64,000 nt of DNA from Acidobacteriota bacterium (GCA_965205565.1 CBDBID010000037.1:22547-86546); one strand, 5' to 3'. Positions 17,839 to 28,685 are shown, counted from the first letter of the stretch. Numbers and translations are program-made. Notes: generated by a model not told the origin, from the letters alone.

Positions 17839-20649
17839 GTGAAAGAGAAAAGCGGGACTGCCCTTGGGCAATTGAACCTGAAGGACACCGTCAACTTGCC
17901 GCAAACGGCTTTCTCCATGAGAGCCCGTCTGCTCCGCCTGGAGCCGCAAATATTGCAGCGCTGGAATGACATGGGCCTGTACGAGCAGATCCGCTCCGCT
18001 CGAAAGGGGCAACCCGTTTTCCTATTGCACGACGGGCCTCCCTACGCCAACGGCCATGTCCACCTGGGACACTCCCTGAACAAGATCTTGAAGGATTTGA
18101 TCGTCAAGTCGAAAACCATGGAAGGCTATGACAGCCCCTTTGTCCCGGGCTGGGATTGCCACGGCCTGCCCATCGAAATCCAGGTCGTCAGTAAGAAGAA
18201 AGCCGGCCTGGACCCGCTACAGGTGCGGCAGAAATGCCGCCACTACGCTCAGGGTTTCGTGGAACTCCAAAAGCAGGAGTTCATTCGCCTGGGCATCTTT
18301 GGCGATTGGCGGGCGCCCTACCTGACGATGAGCAAGCAGTACGAAGCGGAAATCACACGACTGTTCGGGGAATTCGTGGAGAAGGGTAGCGTGTACAAGG
18401 GATTAAAACCCGTCCATTGGTGCATCCACTGCGAGACGGCCCTCGCTGAGGCAGAGGTGGAATACCAAGCGCACCAAAGCCCCTCCGTGTATGTCCGCTT
18501 TCCTGTCAAATCGCTCCCGCTCCCTCTGGACCGGGAGCTGCAAGGAAGAAAAATCTCCGCTTTAACCTGGACCACGACTCCTTGGACCTTGCCAGCCAAC
18601 CTGGGGGTGTGTTTCCACCCCGACCTGGAGTACTCCCTGGTTGAAGCCGATGGCGAATGGCTGTTGATTGCGTCCGACCTGCTCGAAGCGGTGGCTCAGG
18701 ACTGCGGATTTCATGAGGTTCGCATCGAGCGAAGCTTCAGAGGCGAGGATTTGAGGGACTGGGTTTTCCAGCACCCCTGGCTGGAGCGGGAATCGAAGAG
18801 CCTCCTGGGAGATCACGTTACCCTCAGACAGGGAACCGGTCTGGTTCACACTGCTCCCGGCCATGGGCAGGAGGACTACGCTCTCGGAATCCAGAACGGT
18901 CTGGATATCTACTGCCCCGTTGACAGCTCCGGTCGATTCACCTCCGACGTTGAGCACTTTGCCGGACTGAATGTCTTCGAAGCCAATGCCCAGATCACCA
19001 AATTCATGGGAAAAAAAGGAATCCTGTTGGAGCAGCAGCCGATCGAGCACAGTTACCCTCACTGCTGGCGCTGCCACAATCCCGTCATCTTCAGAGCCAC
19101 ATCCCAGTGGTTCATCAGCATCGACGAACCGGATATCCGGCAAAAAGCATTACAAGCCATCGACCAAGTCCAGTGGATGCCCTCCTGGGGCCAGGAGCGC
19201 ATCCATCAAATGATCGCTCACCGTCCCGACTGGTGCATCAGTCGGCAGAGAATCTGGGGCGTACCGATCCCGGCCTTCTATTGCAGGGCCTGTGGACAAG
19301 CCCTACTGGAGGGCGGCACCGTCAGGCACGTTGCTTCCATTTTCGATCGGCAGGGCGCCGACGCCTGGTACAGCCTTTCCAGCTCCCAACTGCTGCCGCC
19401 CGGCACCCGATGCCCTTGCGGTTCGGAGGATTTCAAGAAGGAATTCGATATTCTGGACGTGTGGTTTGATTCCGGGTGCAGCCACCGGGTGGTGCTGGGA
19501 GGTGCTTCGGGACTCCCCTGGCCCGCCGATGTTTATCTGGAGGGTGCAGACCAGTATCGGGGATGGTTTCACAGCTCTCTGCTGATCGCCGTAGGAACCG
19601 GGGAGGGCGCCCCCTATCGGACCGTGATCTGCAACGGCTGGACTCTGGATGCGGAGGGCAGAGCCATGTCCAAGTCCCTGGGCAACGTCATCTCTCCCCT
19701 CGACATCATGAAGAAAGACGGCGCGGAGATCCTACGACTCTGGGTGGCCTCCATCAACTACACGGAGGATGTCCGTCTGGGAGAGGAAATCCTCTCCCAC
19801 TTGCGGGAGGCCTACCGCAAACTGCGCAACACCCAGCGCTTCTTGCTGGGCAATCTCTACGATTATGACCCCTCTCTCGAGGTTCCCGGCGATGCGCTGC
19901 TGGAGCTGGACCGGTGGGCGCTGGCCCGCATGGCTCGAACGGCCCGAGAAGTTGAGGAGGCCTACCGAAAGTATGAATTTCATACCGCCTATCACGCCCT
20001 CTACAATCTCTGTGTCCTCGATCTCTCCAGCTTTTACCTGGACGTATTGAAAGACCGTCTCTACATCTCCCCGCCGGAGTCTCCACAGCGAAGAGCCGCT
20101 CAATCCACGCTGTTCCGGATAGCCGACACCTTGGTGAAACTCCTGGCTCCCCTTCTCCCCTTTACGGCCGAAGAAGTCTGGGACAATCTATTCCCCCGCG
20201 AGAAGCCGGCAGCTTCCGTCCATCTGACGCAATTTTCAAGACGTATCCACGACTATTTTGATCCGCACATCCTGGCCCGCTGGGAACGTCTACTCGTTTT
20301 GCGCGACCAGGTCAGCAAGGCGCTCGAGGAGAGCCGGCAGAAAAAGGAGCTGGGGACATCCCTGGAAGCGAAATTGACTCTCAAGTGCGGGGACAAGGCG
20401 CGGACCTATCTACAGGGATTCCAGGACCTGGCTTCGCTTTTTATCGTCTCCGATGTGGCGCTGGAGGAAGGGTCCAGACTCGAGGATGAGACAGTCAAAA
20501 TCCGCATATCCAAGGCGGAGGGTGAGAAGTGTGACCGTTGCTGGCACTACTCCACATCCGTGGGCAGCTGCCGGGAACTCCCGCAAGTGTGTGAGCGCTG
20601 CCTGAGCATCTTGAGAGAGATGTCGTTCGTACCCGAGGCTCACCCCTGA
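17839..20649 (+). CDS. ileS: Isoleucine--tRNA ligase (type 1)
   Basis: HDGPPYANG..HLGH, GWDCHGLPIE, WTTTPWT, DWCISRQR.WG, AMSKS, C-terminal CDRCW..CERC. Confidence 0.98.
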   Translation: MKEKSGTALGQLNLKDTVNLPQTAFSMRARLLRLEPQILQRWNDMGLYEQIRSARKGQPVFLLHDGPPYANGHVHLGHSLNKILKDLIVKSKTMEGYDSPFVPGWDCHGLPIEIQVVSKKKAGLDPLQVRQKCRHYAQGFVELQKQEFIRLGIFGDWRAPYLTMSKQYEAEITRLFGEFVEKGSVYKGLKPVHWCIHCETALAEAEVEYQAHQSPSVYVRFPVKSLPLPLDRELQGRKISALTWTTTPWTLPANLGVCFHPDLEYSLVEADGEWLLIASDLLEAVAQDCGFHEVRIERSFRGEDLRDWVFQHPWLERESKSLLGDHVTLRQGTGLVHTAPGHGQEDYALGIQNGLDIYCPVDSSGRFTSDVEHFAGLNVFEANAQITKFMGKKGILLEQQPIEHSYPHCWRCHNPVIFRATSQWFISIDEPDIRQKALQAIDQVQWMPSWGQERIHQMIAHRPDWCISRQRIWGVPIPAFYCRACGQALLEGGTVRHVASIFDRQGADAWYSLSSSQLLPPGTRCPCGSEDFKKEFDILDVWFDSGCSHRVVLGGASGLPWPADVYLEGADQYRGWFHSSLLIAVGTGEGAPYRTVICNGWTLDAEGRAMSKSLGNVISPLDIMKKDGAEILRLWVASINYTEDVRLGEEILSHLREAYRKLRNTQRFLLGNLYDYDPSLEVPGDALLELDRWALARMARTAREVEEAYRKYEFHTAYHALYNLCVLDLSSFYLDVLKDRLYISPPESPQRRAAQSTLFRIADTLVKLLAPLLPFTAEEVWDNLFPREKPAASVHLTQFSRRIHDYFDPHILARWERLLVLRDQVSKALEESRQKKELGTSLEAKLTLKCGDKARTYLQGFQDLASLFIVSDVALEEGSRLEDETVKIRISKAEGEKCDRCWHYSTSVGSCRELPQVCERCLSILREMSFVPEAHP

Positions 20650-21128
20650 TGCGCCTACTTTCCTTCCTGGTGGCCATTGGGATCTTCGGGTTGGACCTCT
20701 CAACCAAGTGGTACGTCAAGAATTCCGCTGCCCTGCATTACCATCCGGTAATTGACGGTCTTTTCACTCTGCGCTACGTCAGAAACGAAGGCATCGCTTT
20801 CGGCCTGTTTCATACGCTGGACTCCCCCTGGAAACCCATCGTTCTCTCCGCTCTGGGGGTGATGGCGATCGCAATGGTGTTTTACTACCTGTGGACCACG
20901 CCGCGTCACCACACCCGACTGTTTTGGTCTTTTGGATTCCTGCTGGGCGGAATCCTCGGAAATTTCACCGATCGCCTCGTTCATGGCTTTGTGGTGGACT
21001 TCATTGAACTGCACTGGAGAAGCCTCTTTTACTGGCCCACTTTCAATGTGGCGGACGCAGCGATCACTCTGGGAGTCTTTGCCATCCTCTGGGAATCGTT
21101 CTTTGGATCGGCCTTGAAGGAACCCTGA
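20649..21128 (+). CDS. lspA: Lipoprotein signal peptidase II
   Basis: D..TK, N.GIAFG, GG.LGN..DR, VVDFI, FNVAD; coupled to ileS. Confidence 0.96.
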   Translation: MRLLSFLVAIGIFGLDLSTKWYVKNSAALHYHPVIDGLFTLRYVRNEGIAFGLFHTLDSPWKPIVLSALGVMAIAMVFYYLWTTPRHHTRLFWSFGFLLGGILGNFTDRLVHGFVVDFIELHWRSLFYWPTFNVADAAITLGVFAILWESFFGSALKEP

Positions 21129-21130
21129 AT

Positions 21131-21802
21131 ATGTGCAGCCGCAGGATCTTTTGGGCGGCCCAGCTAGCTCTGCTCTGCTGGCTGGCCGTCCCCCAGGCGA
21201 GAGCCCAAGCCCCCACCGTCCCACCCAGCCAATGGGTGCAAAGGTTACAAACTAAGTACGATGGAATCCAAAGCTTCTCGGCACACTTTCGGCAAATCTT
21301 TCGTGGCCCCTATCTGGAAATCAAGGAGTCGGGCAATGTGTGGATGAAAAGGCCGGGCAAGATGCGCTGGGAGTATGAGCAACCCTCGACCAAGCTCTTC
21401 ATCTCGGACGGAGTGAAAATCTACTTCTACGTCCCCGAAGACAACCAGGTGATGATCGCCGATCTGTCTTTGGATCTGCAGGACATGCCGCTGCTCTTTC
21501 TGATTGGTCGAGGGGACATACAGGAGAACTTTCAAGTGGAGCTGGACCCGGAAGAAGAACCTCTGGCAGCGGGCAATCCCATCCTGCGACTGACGCCCAG
21601 GAAGATTCAAGCTCATTTCTCGTTCTTGATCGTGGAGATCGATCCGGCCCTCGTGGTGATTCGTCGCTTGGCGATCATCGAGCCCCTGGGTAATCGCAAT
21701 GACTATATCCTGACCGGTTGGCGAGAGAACCTCCGCATCGACGACAATAAGTTCCGCTTTCAAATACCCGCTGGGGTCGAGGTGCTGCAGACCGGTTCTT
21801 GA
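21131..21802 (+). CDS. lolA: Outer-membrane lipoprotein carrier protein
   Basis: Signal peptide, SA.F.Q, KRPGKMRWEY, ISDG, F.F.IP.GVEV. Confidence 0.88.
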   Translation: MCSRRIFWAAQLALLCWLAVPQARAQAPTVPPSQWVQRLQTKYDGIQSFSAHFRQIFRGPYLEIKESGNVWMKRPGKMRWEYEQPSTKLFISDGVKIYFYVPEDNQVMIADLSLDLQDMPLLFLIGRGDIQENFQVELDPEEEPLAAGNPILRLTPRKIQAHFSFLIVEIDPALVVIRRLAIIEPLGNRNDYILTGWRENLRIDDNKFRFQIPAGVEVLQTGS

Positions 21803-21853
21803 CAGGACTCGGGAACCCTGTCTACTCTTTTCCCCGGTCAGAACGAGGCTACT

Positions 21854-22924
21854 TTGAGAGAGACTGCCCCGAATCCTAGCCGAGCCACCATTACTGCCGT
21901 CGGAATGCATGTGCCCGAAAAGTGCCTGACCAACGACGATCTGGCCACCATGATGGACACCTCGGACACATGGATCCGGGAGCGGACGGGAATCCGGGAG
22001 CGGAGGTTCGTTTCTCCGGGTCAGGCCAACAGCGATCTTTCGGTACTCGCCATCCAGGACGCTTTGAAGGGAACGTCGGTACAACCGCAGGACCTTGATC
22101 TGATCATTGTGGCCACGGTCACTCCGGACATGATGTTTCCCTCTACCGCCTGTTTGATCCAGGAAAAACTCGGGGCCCAAAAGGCGTGGGGCTTTGATCT
22201 ATCTGGTGCTTGCTCGGGCTTTCTTTACGCTTTGACCACCGGCGCTCAATTCATTCAAAACGGTGTTCACGAAAAGGTGGTGGTGGTGGGCACGGATATC
22301 ATGAGCAGCATCATCGATTTTCAGGATCGCGCCACATCGGTGCTGTTTGGAGACGGATCGGGTGCGGTTCTGTTGGAGCGCTCAACTCATCCGGATATCG
22401 GCATCCTCGATTTCATTCTGCGAGCTGACGGCTCTGGTGGGAAGTACCTACATATGCCGGCTGGAGGCAGCCGCTTCCCCGCCAGCCATGAGACGGTGGA
22501 CCAGAGGATGCACTACGTGCATCAGGACGGCAAGAATGTGTTCAAGTTCGCGGTCAAGTTCATGGCTGGAGTTTCCACCGAATTGTTGACCCGCAACGGC
22601 TACACAGCCGAGCAGCTGGCCCTTTACGTGCCCCACCAGGCGAACCTGCGCATCATCAAATCCGCAGTGGCTCGGCTCAAACTCCGCGATGAGCAGGTCG
22701 CCATCAACATTGACCGTTACGCCAACACTACCGCCGCCACCATTCCGATCGGACTCACGGAGGCGATGCGTGAGGGTCGGATCGGCAAAGGCGACCTGGT
22801 CTTGTTAGCCAGCTTCGGTGCTGGCTTCACCTGGGGAAGCTTGTTGATGAAGTGGGGGATGGATCGAAAGGAAAATACGGCCAATCCGATCCGGCGAAGC
22901 AGCGTTTCAGAGCCTGGAACCTGA
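21854..22924 (+). CDS. fabH: 3-oxoacyl-ACP synthase III
   Basis: WI.ERTGI.ERR, ACSGF, LFGDG, PHQANLRII, ANT.AA, FGAGFTWG. Confidence 0.95.
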   Translation: MRETAPNPSRATITAVGMHVPEKCLTNDDLATMMDTSDTWIRERTGIRERRFVSPGQANSDLSVLAIQDALKGTSVQPQDLDLIIVATVTPDMMFPSTACLIQEKLGAQKAWGFDLSGACSGFLYALTTGAQFIQNGVHEKVVVVGTDIMSSIIDFQDRATSVLFGDGSGAVLLERSTHPDIGILDFILRADGSGGKYLHMPAGGSRFPASHETVDQRMHYVHQDGKNVFKFAVKFMAGVSTELLTRNGYTAEQLALYVPHQANLRIIKSAVARLKLRDEQVAINIDRYANTTAATIPIGLTEAMREGRIGKGDLVLLASFGAGFTWGSLLMKWGMDRKENTANPIRRSSVSEPGT

Positions 22925-22964
22925 ACCGGCGCCGAGGCCAGCCACTACCAGGTAAGCTCAGAGC

Positions 22965-23501
22965 CTAGATGAAAAGCTCCTCCTCGGGATGGCTTTTCCC
23001 ACGCTGAGCCCGGTTCTCCCGTTTGGAAAAGAGATAGGCTAATCCGGTCTTCACGCCTTTTACGAAAGAGGCAATCTCTGCAGCCGGGCGCAACACATCC
23101 TTTTGGATAAACTCGGTCGTTTGCTCGAACTTCTGCACCGTGTCGGTGACGACATAATCAATCTTTGAGGCCTGGTCCCGGCCCAAACGAATCATCTCTT
23201 CCACAAAGCCGTCTACCTGTTCGCCCCTTCTGTGCGCCAGTTCCGAGAGGGTGTGGGCAGTTCCGCTCAGCTCCTCGGCCAGACTGCCCAGAGGTCGAAG
23301 ACTTTCCGTGATCTCCTTGACCTTGACCACCACCTCCTGGATGTCCTTTTCCACCTCGTGAGATCGCTTTTCCATGCGCTCCAAGCCCTGGCGAAGGGTG
23401 CGTGAAGTGCGCCACAAGGAGACACACTGAATGATAAAGGCTACGGCGGCAACCACCACAACCAGGATCAGGAGGTATTCAAGTGTGACCCGTTCGGCCA
23501 T
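22965..23501 (-). CDS. Membrane-anchored coiled-coil hypothetical protein (YtxH partner)
   Basis: N-terminal TM then helical region; downstream of the YtxH gene. Confidence 0.7.
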   Translation of the reverse strand: MAERVTLEYLLILVVVVAAVAFIIQCVSLWRTSRTLRQGLERMEKRSHEVEKDIQEVVVKVKEITESLRPLGSLAEELSGTAHTLSELAHRRGEQVDGFVEEMIRLGRDQASKIDYVVTDTVQKFEQTTEFIQKDVLRPAAEIASFVKGVKTGLAYLFSKRENRAQRGKSHPEEELFI

Positions 23502-23538
23502 ACCGGCGATAGGCTCCCAGGATCAGACCGGGGTTGGT

Positions 23539-23898
23539 TTAGGAAGCACTGTCATCGGAGGCGTCCTCGACTTCAGATTCCAGCTCACCCTTTTCCTCGT
23601 GGTAAGCCGTTCTTCCAGCTTCAATGGCAGCAGCCAGTTGGTCTTTTTGTCTGGCCCAACCCTCACGACCGCGCTCCACGGTTTCTGTCACCCTACCCAC
23701 CACATCTCGGGATCTTTCGCTCACCAGATCGCTTCCTTCCCGAGCTTTCTGAGTCAAGGAATCGCTGCTTTCTCGGTACTTTCCTTCGAGATACTGTCTG
23801 GTCTCTTCTCCCGATTGTGGCGCCAAAAGTAGGCCGGCGGCGGCTCCCACGAACCCACCCAAAAGAAAGTAAAGAAATTTTTCTCCTTCAGAGCCCAT
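23539..23898 (-). CDS. YtxH-domain protein
   Basis: FLLGGFVGAAAGLLLAPQSGEETR; start re-called to ATG 23898 (GGAGG RBS). Confidence 0.88.
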   Translation of the reverse strand: MGSEGEKFLYFLLGGFVGAAAGLLLAPQSGEETRQYLEGKYRESSDSLTQKAREGSDLVSERSRDVVGRVTETVERGREGWARQKDQLAAAIEAGRTAYHEEKGELESEVEDASDDSAS

Positions 23899-24045
23899 TG
23901 CGTCAGTTCCTCCACGGAATCTTGGATAGCAGGTTACCACACTGCATTTACAAATGCCTGTAAAAGGTGGACACGAAACAGGAGCCGGCCACGGAGCCCC
24001 ACGCGGGTTCGCATCGGGACCAGTCCGTATATAATCCAAGAGACG

Positions 24046-24897
24046 ATGGCTAACGTGGCAAGGGTTCTCACCATTGCAGGCTCCGACAGCGGAGGGTGCG
24101 CCGGCATTCAGGCAGATCTCAAAACCTTTGGCGCACTGGGGGTTCATGGCATGACGGCCATCACCTCGGTGACCGCCCAAGATTCCCGTCGCCTCCACCT
24201 GACTTCTGACGTGGCCCTGGCCAACGTAAAAAAGCAGATCGAGGCGGTCATCGAGGATATCGGCGTGGAGGCGGTAAAAACCGGGATGCTCTCATCTTCT
24301 GCCATCATTTCACTGGTGGCCGGGAAAATGCGGCAATTTGGGGTTCGGCAGCTGGTGGTTGATCCCGTCATGGTAACCACCGGCGGCGACTCCTTGCTGC
24401 AGGAAGGTGCCGTCGAGACACTCAAAACAGAGCTATTGCCTCTAGCCCGGATCCTCACACCCAATCTGCGTGAGGCCGAATTCCTCACCCAGCAGACCAT
24501 CTGTAACGAGGCCGAGGTGGAAAGTGCGGCCAGGAGTCTCTTTGAAATGGGTCCTCGATCGGTTCTCATCAAGGGCGGTCATTTCCCGAACGACCGATTT
24601 TCCACCGACTATTTCTTCGAGGGGCGTGAGTTGATTCCCTTCAAGGCGCCCCGAATCTCCACCAAGAATACTCACGGGAGTGGTTGCACCTTTGCCTCAG
24701 CGATCGCCGCCTTCCTGGCCCTGGGATGGGAGTTACGTCCCGCAGTGCACTTGGCTAAAGAATACGTAACCGAGGCCATCCGACATTCGTTCCCGCTGGG
24801 TCAGGGAAACGGGCCGTTGGGGCACTTCTACCGGCACTGGAGCGTTCTGGTGGCGGAGCAGGACCCGGAGCGGCCCATCAATCCAACTCCTCTTTGA
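24046..24897 (+). CDS. thiD: Hydroxymethylpyrimidine/phosphomethylpyrimidine kinase
   Basis: TIAGSDSGG.AGIQADLKT, VKTGML, VDPVM, TPN..EA, KGGH, THGSGCT. Confidence 0.96.
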   Translation: MANVARVLTIAGSDSGGCAGIQADLKTFGALGVHGMTAITSVTAQDSRRLHLTSDVALANVKKQIEAVIEDIGVEAVKTGMLSSSAIISLVAGKMRQFGVRQLVVDPVMVTTGGDSLLQEGAVETLKTELLPLARILTPNLREAEFLTQQTICNEAEVESAARSLFEMGPRSVLIKGGHFPNDRFSTDYFFEGRELIPFKAPRISTKNTHGSGCTFASAIAAFLALGWELRPAVHLAKEYVTEAIRHSFPLGQGNGPLGHFYRHWSVLVAEQDPERPINPTPL

Positions 24898-25924
24898 ACT
24901 CGATCTGGTAAATCTCCAGAAGGGTGACCAGGAGCGCGGCCACCAGTGGGCCTAGAATTAGCCGGGAAGGTCCGAAAAAAGAGGCCGCCGAGCAGTGCAA
25001 AAAACACCAGCAACACATGCATGCCCTTGGCCTTTCCTTCGATCATCAAAGGCCGAATGAAATTATCCATCAACCCGATCACGGAGGCGCCCAGTACCAA
25101 CAGAAGGATGCCTTGCAGGGTCGAACCCGTCAGGATCAGGTACAGCGACATCGGAACCCCCACCGCTACCGGTACGACGGAAAAGAAGGCTGTGGCCGTC
25201 CCTCACAGTATCGGGTTCTTCACCTGCAGAAAGAAGGAGATTAGGCCCGCCACCACTCCCTGGCAGATGTGGGTGGCAAAGATGCCGAAAAAGGTGGCGA
25301 AAATCACCTTCTTCAATTTGTCCGCTACCATCTGTTCGTACACTGGAGCCAGAGGGATCAATTGTCTCAGCTCGCTCAGGAGGCGATCTCCGTCTCGAAA
25401 GAAAAGGAACATACTGAAAATCATGATGAAGAACTTCAGAAAAAAGGCCCCACCCCACTGAGGATCACGGCGTAGTGATCGAGCAGATAGCGAACAATCC
25501 GATCCAGAACCGAGGGTACGACCATGGCCACGTCGGCGCCCTCAATGCCTAGGTAGCCCCCCAGTCCTCGGACAAAATCCCGCAGGATGGTGTTCGTGTC
25601 TTCCGAGCCGGGCAGGGCCGCCTCGACCATCACTTGCAGGCTAGCGTAGGCGCTGTTGAGCTCGTCGAAAAGAGAACGCACCAGGAGGATCAAAGGGATC
25701 AGGATCACGATAGTAATCGCACTGCACATGATCAGAGCACTGATGGCCCACCGCCGACCCAGCTTCTCGTTCAGGTGCAGATAGTTGGGGTAGAAAAGCG
25801 AAACCAGGGTCAGGGCCAGCAACACGGCGGCCAGAAACGGCGTCAGCATCTGGTAGAAAAGATAGAGGACCAGGATGAGGCTGAACGCGGAAAAAATTCG
25901 TGAGTATGGAAAGTTAACCGCCAA
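24878..25924 (-). pseudogene. AI-2E (PerM/YdiK) transporter, disrupted
   Basis: Segments join to FFRDG, DNFIRP, FG..LILGPL motifs; frameshift near 25450, in-frame TGA 25203-25205 where Trp is expected, frameshift in T-run near 24975. Confidence 0.8.
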
Positions 25925-26588
25925 CGCCCCTTCCGCCTGTTTGTCGAAAATAGTAGGGACACAAGTCGGCCAGCGAACATCGCTGGCAGGCCGGTTTGCG
26001 GGCGCGGCAGATCTGGCGGCCGTGGTGGATCACCCGGTGCGAGAACTGGATCCATTCTTTGGTTGGGATTCGCTTCATCAGATCCTGTTCTATCTTCACC
26101 GGATCTTCCTGCTGAGATAAATGCAGCCGCCGGGAGATGCGCCGCACATGGGTATCGACGACCACACCACTGGATATTCCGAAGGCAGTGCCCAGAACCA
26201 CATTAGCGGTTTTGCGAGCCACCCCGGGAAGGGCCAACAACTCCTCCATCGTCTTCGGAAGCCGTCCCCCGAAATCGGCAACGATCCTGCGGGCTGCCCC
26301 GATCAGGTTCTTCGCTTTATTGCGGAAGAATCCAGTGGTTCGGATTAGATCCTGTAGCTCCAAGGGTTGGGCTTCCGCCAGATCCGCTGCAGTGGGATAC
26401 CGTTGGAACAGGGCTGGAGTGACCAAGTTGACGCGCGCGTCGGTGCACTGGGCAGAGAGGATCGTCGCTACCAGAAGTTGGTAGGGGTTGTCGTGATGCA
26501 ACGCGCACCCAGCGTCCGCGTAGTCTTCGGCCAGCGCGCAGAGGATCATGGCAACGCGCTGGCCCTCTTTTCCCTGGTTCTGGGACAT
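25914..26588 (-). CDS. nth: Endonuclease III
   Basis: LLVATILSAQCTD.RVN, LPGVARKTANVV, VDTHV, C.ARKP.C..C.L...C. Confidence 0.96.
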   Translation of the reverse strand: MSQNQGKEGQRVAMILCALAEDYADAGCALHHDNPYQLLVATILSAQCTDARVNLVTPALFQRYPTAADLAEAQPLELQDLIRTTGFFRNKAKNLIGAARRIVADFGGRLPKTMEELLALPGVARKTANVVLGTAFGISSGVVVDTHVRRISRRLHLSQQEDPVKIEQDLMKRIPTKEWIQFSHRVIHHGRQICRARKPACQRCSLADLCPYYFRQTGGRGVGG

Positions 26589-26660
26589 GGCCGGCCATGA
26601 TATCACTCCAGAATTCTGCCGTACCAACCCACGGTGCAATTGCATTCCGATAGGCGAGAC

Positions 26661-26900
26661 ATGAAGATCGGGAGCCGCGTCCTGGTTGATTCTGGTTGAG
26701 CCTCACCTTCGCTCTCAGCTTGATCCCGGACGGCAAAGCTACCCTCAAATTCAAGAAAGCAACGGGCAAGAAATACATCTTCTCCCGCGCCAGAATTCCT
26801 GAGGTCGGAGATGAGGACCCGGGTCTTGATAATGAGGGGCGGAGGGTTCAGGAAAACGGAAACAGCCTCACCGAAGATCAAAAAGGAAGGCCGCTACAGG
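26661..26900 (+). pseudogene. Degenerate secreted mono-heme cytochrome c-like gene
   Basis: Frameshifted signal peptide then A..F...TG..YIFSR...P...L...G....NG, the scaffold of small CxxCH domains; end approximate. Confidence 0.5.
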
Positions 26901-26957
26901 CCCCCTTTTATCGGCGCCTACGGGTGCCGAAATCTCTGCCAGTTCAGGGGTTCTTTG

Positions 26958-28685
26958 CTAAAGTTTCTTGCGCGTCACGTATTCTTCACGGGGGCCACTG
27001 GGCGCTACCGGAATCCGGCGGCGGCGAAGCGTGGCAACGGATCCGAAAACCGCAACGCCGAGAATGGCACCGATCAGCACGGACAGGAGAGAAACCCTTT
27101 GCAGTCGTGCCATCAACCCGGCCGGCATCAACATAAACTCTTGAGCGCGCAACTCGATCTTCTCCCCATCCTGGTTGATTACGGTCACCAGCAGCCTGGC
27201 TGGCTGGGGCTGGGCAATCTCCCCCTCCATGAGCCACTGCCAGGTCACCCGGTCCCTGGCCTCCGGCTGTTGGCGCAACTCACCGTCAATCAGCCGGGGC
27301 TGTAACGTGGAGGATGGGGAGATCCACGCCGTTTCCACCGTCCATTTTTCACCCAGAGATTCGTATAATCGACGCTCCTCATCACTGTATCGAACCGAGT
27401 CCGGGGACTCCAGCTGGAGGGTGACGCGAGACGCCGTTCCGGCTCCTCCGGGAATCTCGACTTCCAGAACCGCGACCTTCTGCTCCAGTAGATAAAGATC
27501 CGCCACCGCTAGGCCCTCCGGATGCTCGCCTCTCTCTCTTTCCTGCAGCCGCAACGCCGATTGCAAGGCCCAGGAGGTTTCCAAAACGTCTCTCCGGTTC
27601 TTCGTCTGCAGATAACGTGACTCCAGGCTGTTCCGGTCCGAGGTCAGCGCCTTGAGGTTGGACGCCAGCTTGGTTCGCGCCCCCTGCTCCTTCTTCAACG
27701 CACCGCTCAAACGATCATTGTTTCGACGAAGTTCCTCAAGTTGATGGCTCGCCTGTTCCACTTTTTCGAAAAGCGTGGTTCTCTCAGTCTTCAAAGAGGT
27801 CACACTATCATTGAGAGCTCCCACCCGCTGACCCAGATTGGTGTTGGCCGCCACCTCTACATTCAGGCTGCTAGCCAATTGATCAACCTGCTGTTCATAT
27901 TCCCTACTGCTCTTCTGGGTGGCCTCCAGCTGTTGTTCCAGAGATCGTTTCTGCTCAGAAACCCGGTCCCGCTCGCGCCTGACCCGCAGGATTTCAGACT
28001 GATTTTCTCGAAGCTGGGCCTGCAGGTTGGACAGTTGTGACTGCAACTGTCGGCGCGACGTCTTCTCGCGGTCCAGATCAGATACCAGGGACTGCAATTT
28101 GCCGCGGACTTCCGCCGCCGCCCGAATGGCTTCCTGGTATTTCGGATTCCGTTCCGAAATCGCATCCACAACAAAGTCGGGCGAAGTGTCGGTTGCCGAG
28201 GCGAACTGACGGATGAATTCATCGTACTGATTTTTGACAAACTCCGCTTTGGCTGACTCTATCTCCGTGTAGGAGATCCCTTCCGTCACACAGGTCTGTA
28301 AAGCGCCAGAAAAACTGGCTTCCTGGGAAAAGTCAGTTTGCAGAGGACTGAAGAATCGGAAGATCAACTCGCCTTCCCGGCTCAGGTCTATCGCAGAGAA
28401 CTTGAACCGAATGAGCTCGTCCCGGAATTGCACGTCAACGATGCGCACCTGCTCTCCAACACGAAACGCCAAGGGGAATCCCGCGCTGGCACGGTCCAGC
28501 TGGATGCCGTCTTCATTGACGTACACAATCTGACGCAGACCCCGTATGGGGATCTTGAGAAACATGGCCTTGTTTTCGTATTCTTCGACGTAGCGAGCCT
28601 GGATGTCTCTGCTGACTCCGGCCAAGCCAGAGGACGGATATAATAGGGCGAGGACCAGTAGGCACCGGCCCACGGACTGCTTCAT
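26958..28685 (-). CDS. Secreted, C-terminally membrane-anchored long coiled-coil protein
   Basis: Signal peptide, ~200 aa heptad region, C-terminal TM followed by RRRR. Confidence 0.8.
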   Translation of the reverse strand: MKQSVGRCLLVLALLYPSSGLAGVSRDIQARYVEEYENKAMFLKIPIRGLRQIVYVNEDGIQLDRASAGFPLAFRVGEQVRIVDVQFRDELIRFKFSAIDLSREGELIFRFFSPLQTDFSQEASFSGALQTCVTEGISYTEIESAKAEFVKNQYDEFIRQFASATDTSPDFVVDAISERNPKYQEAIRAAAEVRGKLQSLVSDLDREKTSRRQLQSQLSNLQAQLRENQSEILRVRRERDRVSEQKRSLEQQLEATQKSSREYEQQVDQLASSLNVEVAANTNLGQRVGALNDSVTSLKTERTTLFEKVEQASHQLEELRRNNDRLSGALKKEQGARTKLASNLKALTSDRNSLESRYLQTKNRRDVLETSWALQSALRLQERERGEHPEGLAVADLYLLEQKVAVLEVEIPGGAGTASRVTLQLESPDSVRYSDEERRLYESLGEKWTVETAWISPSSTLQPRLIDGELRQQPEARDRVTWQWLMEGEIAQPQPARLLVTVINQDGEKIELRAQEFMLMPAGLMARLQRVSLLSVLIGAILGVAVFGSVATLRRRRIPVAPSGPREEYVTRKKL

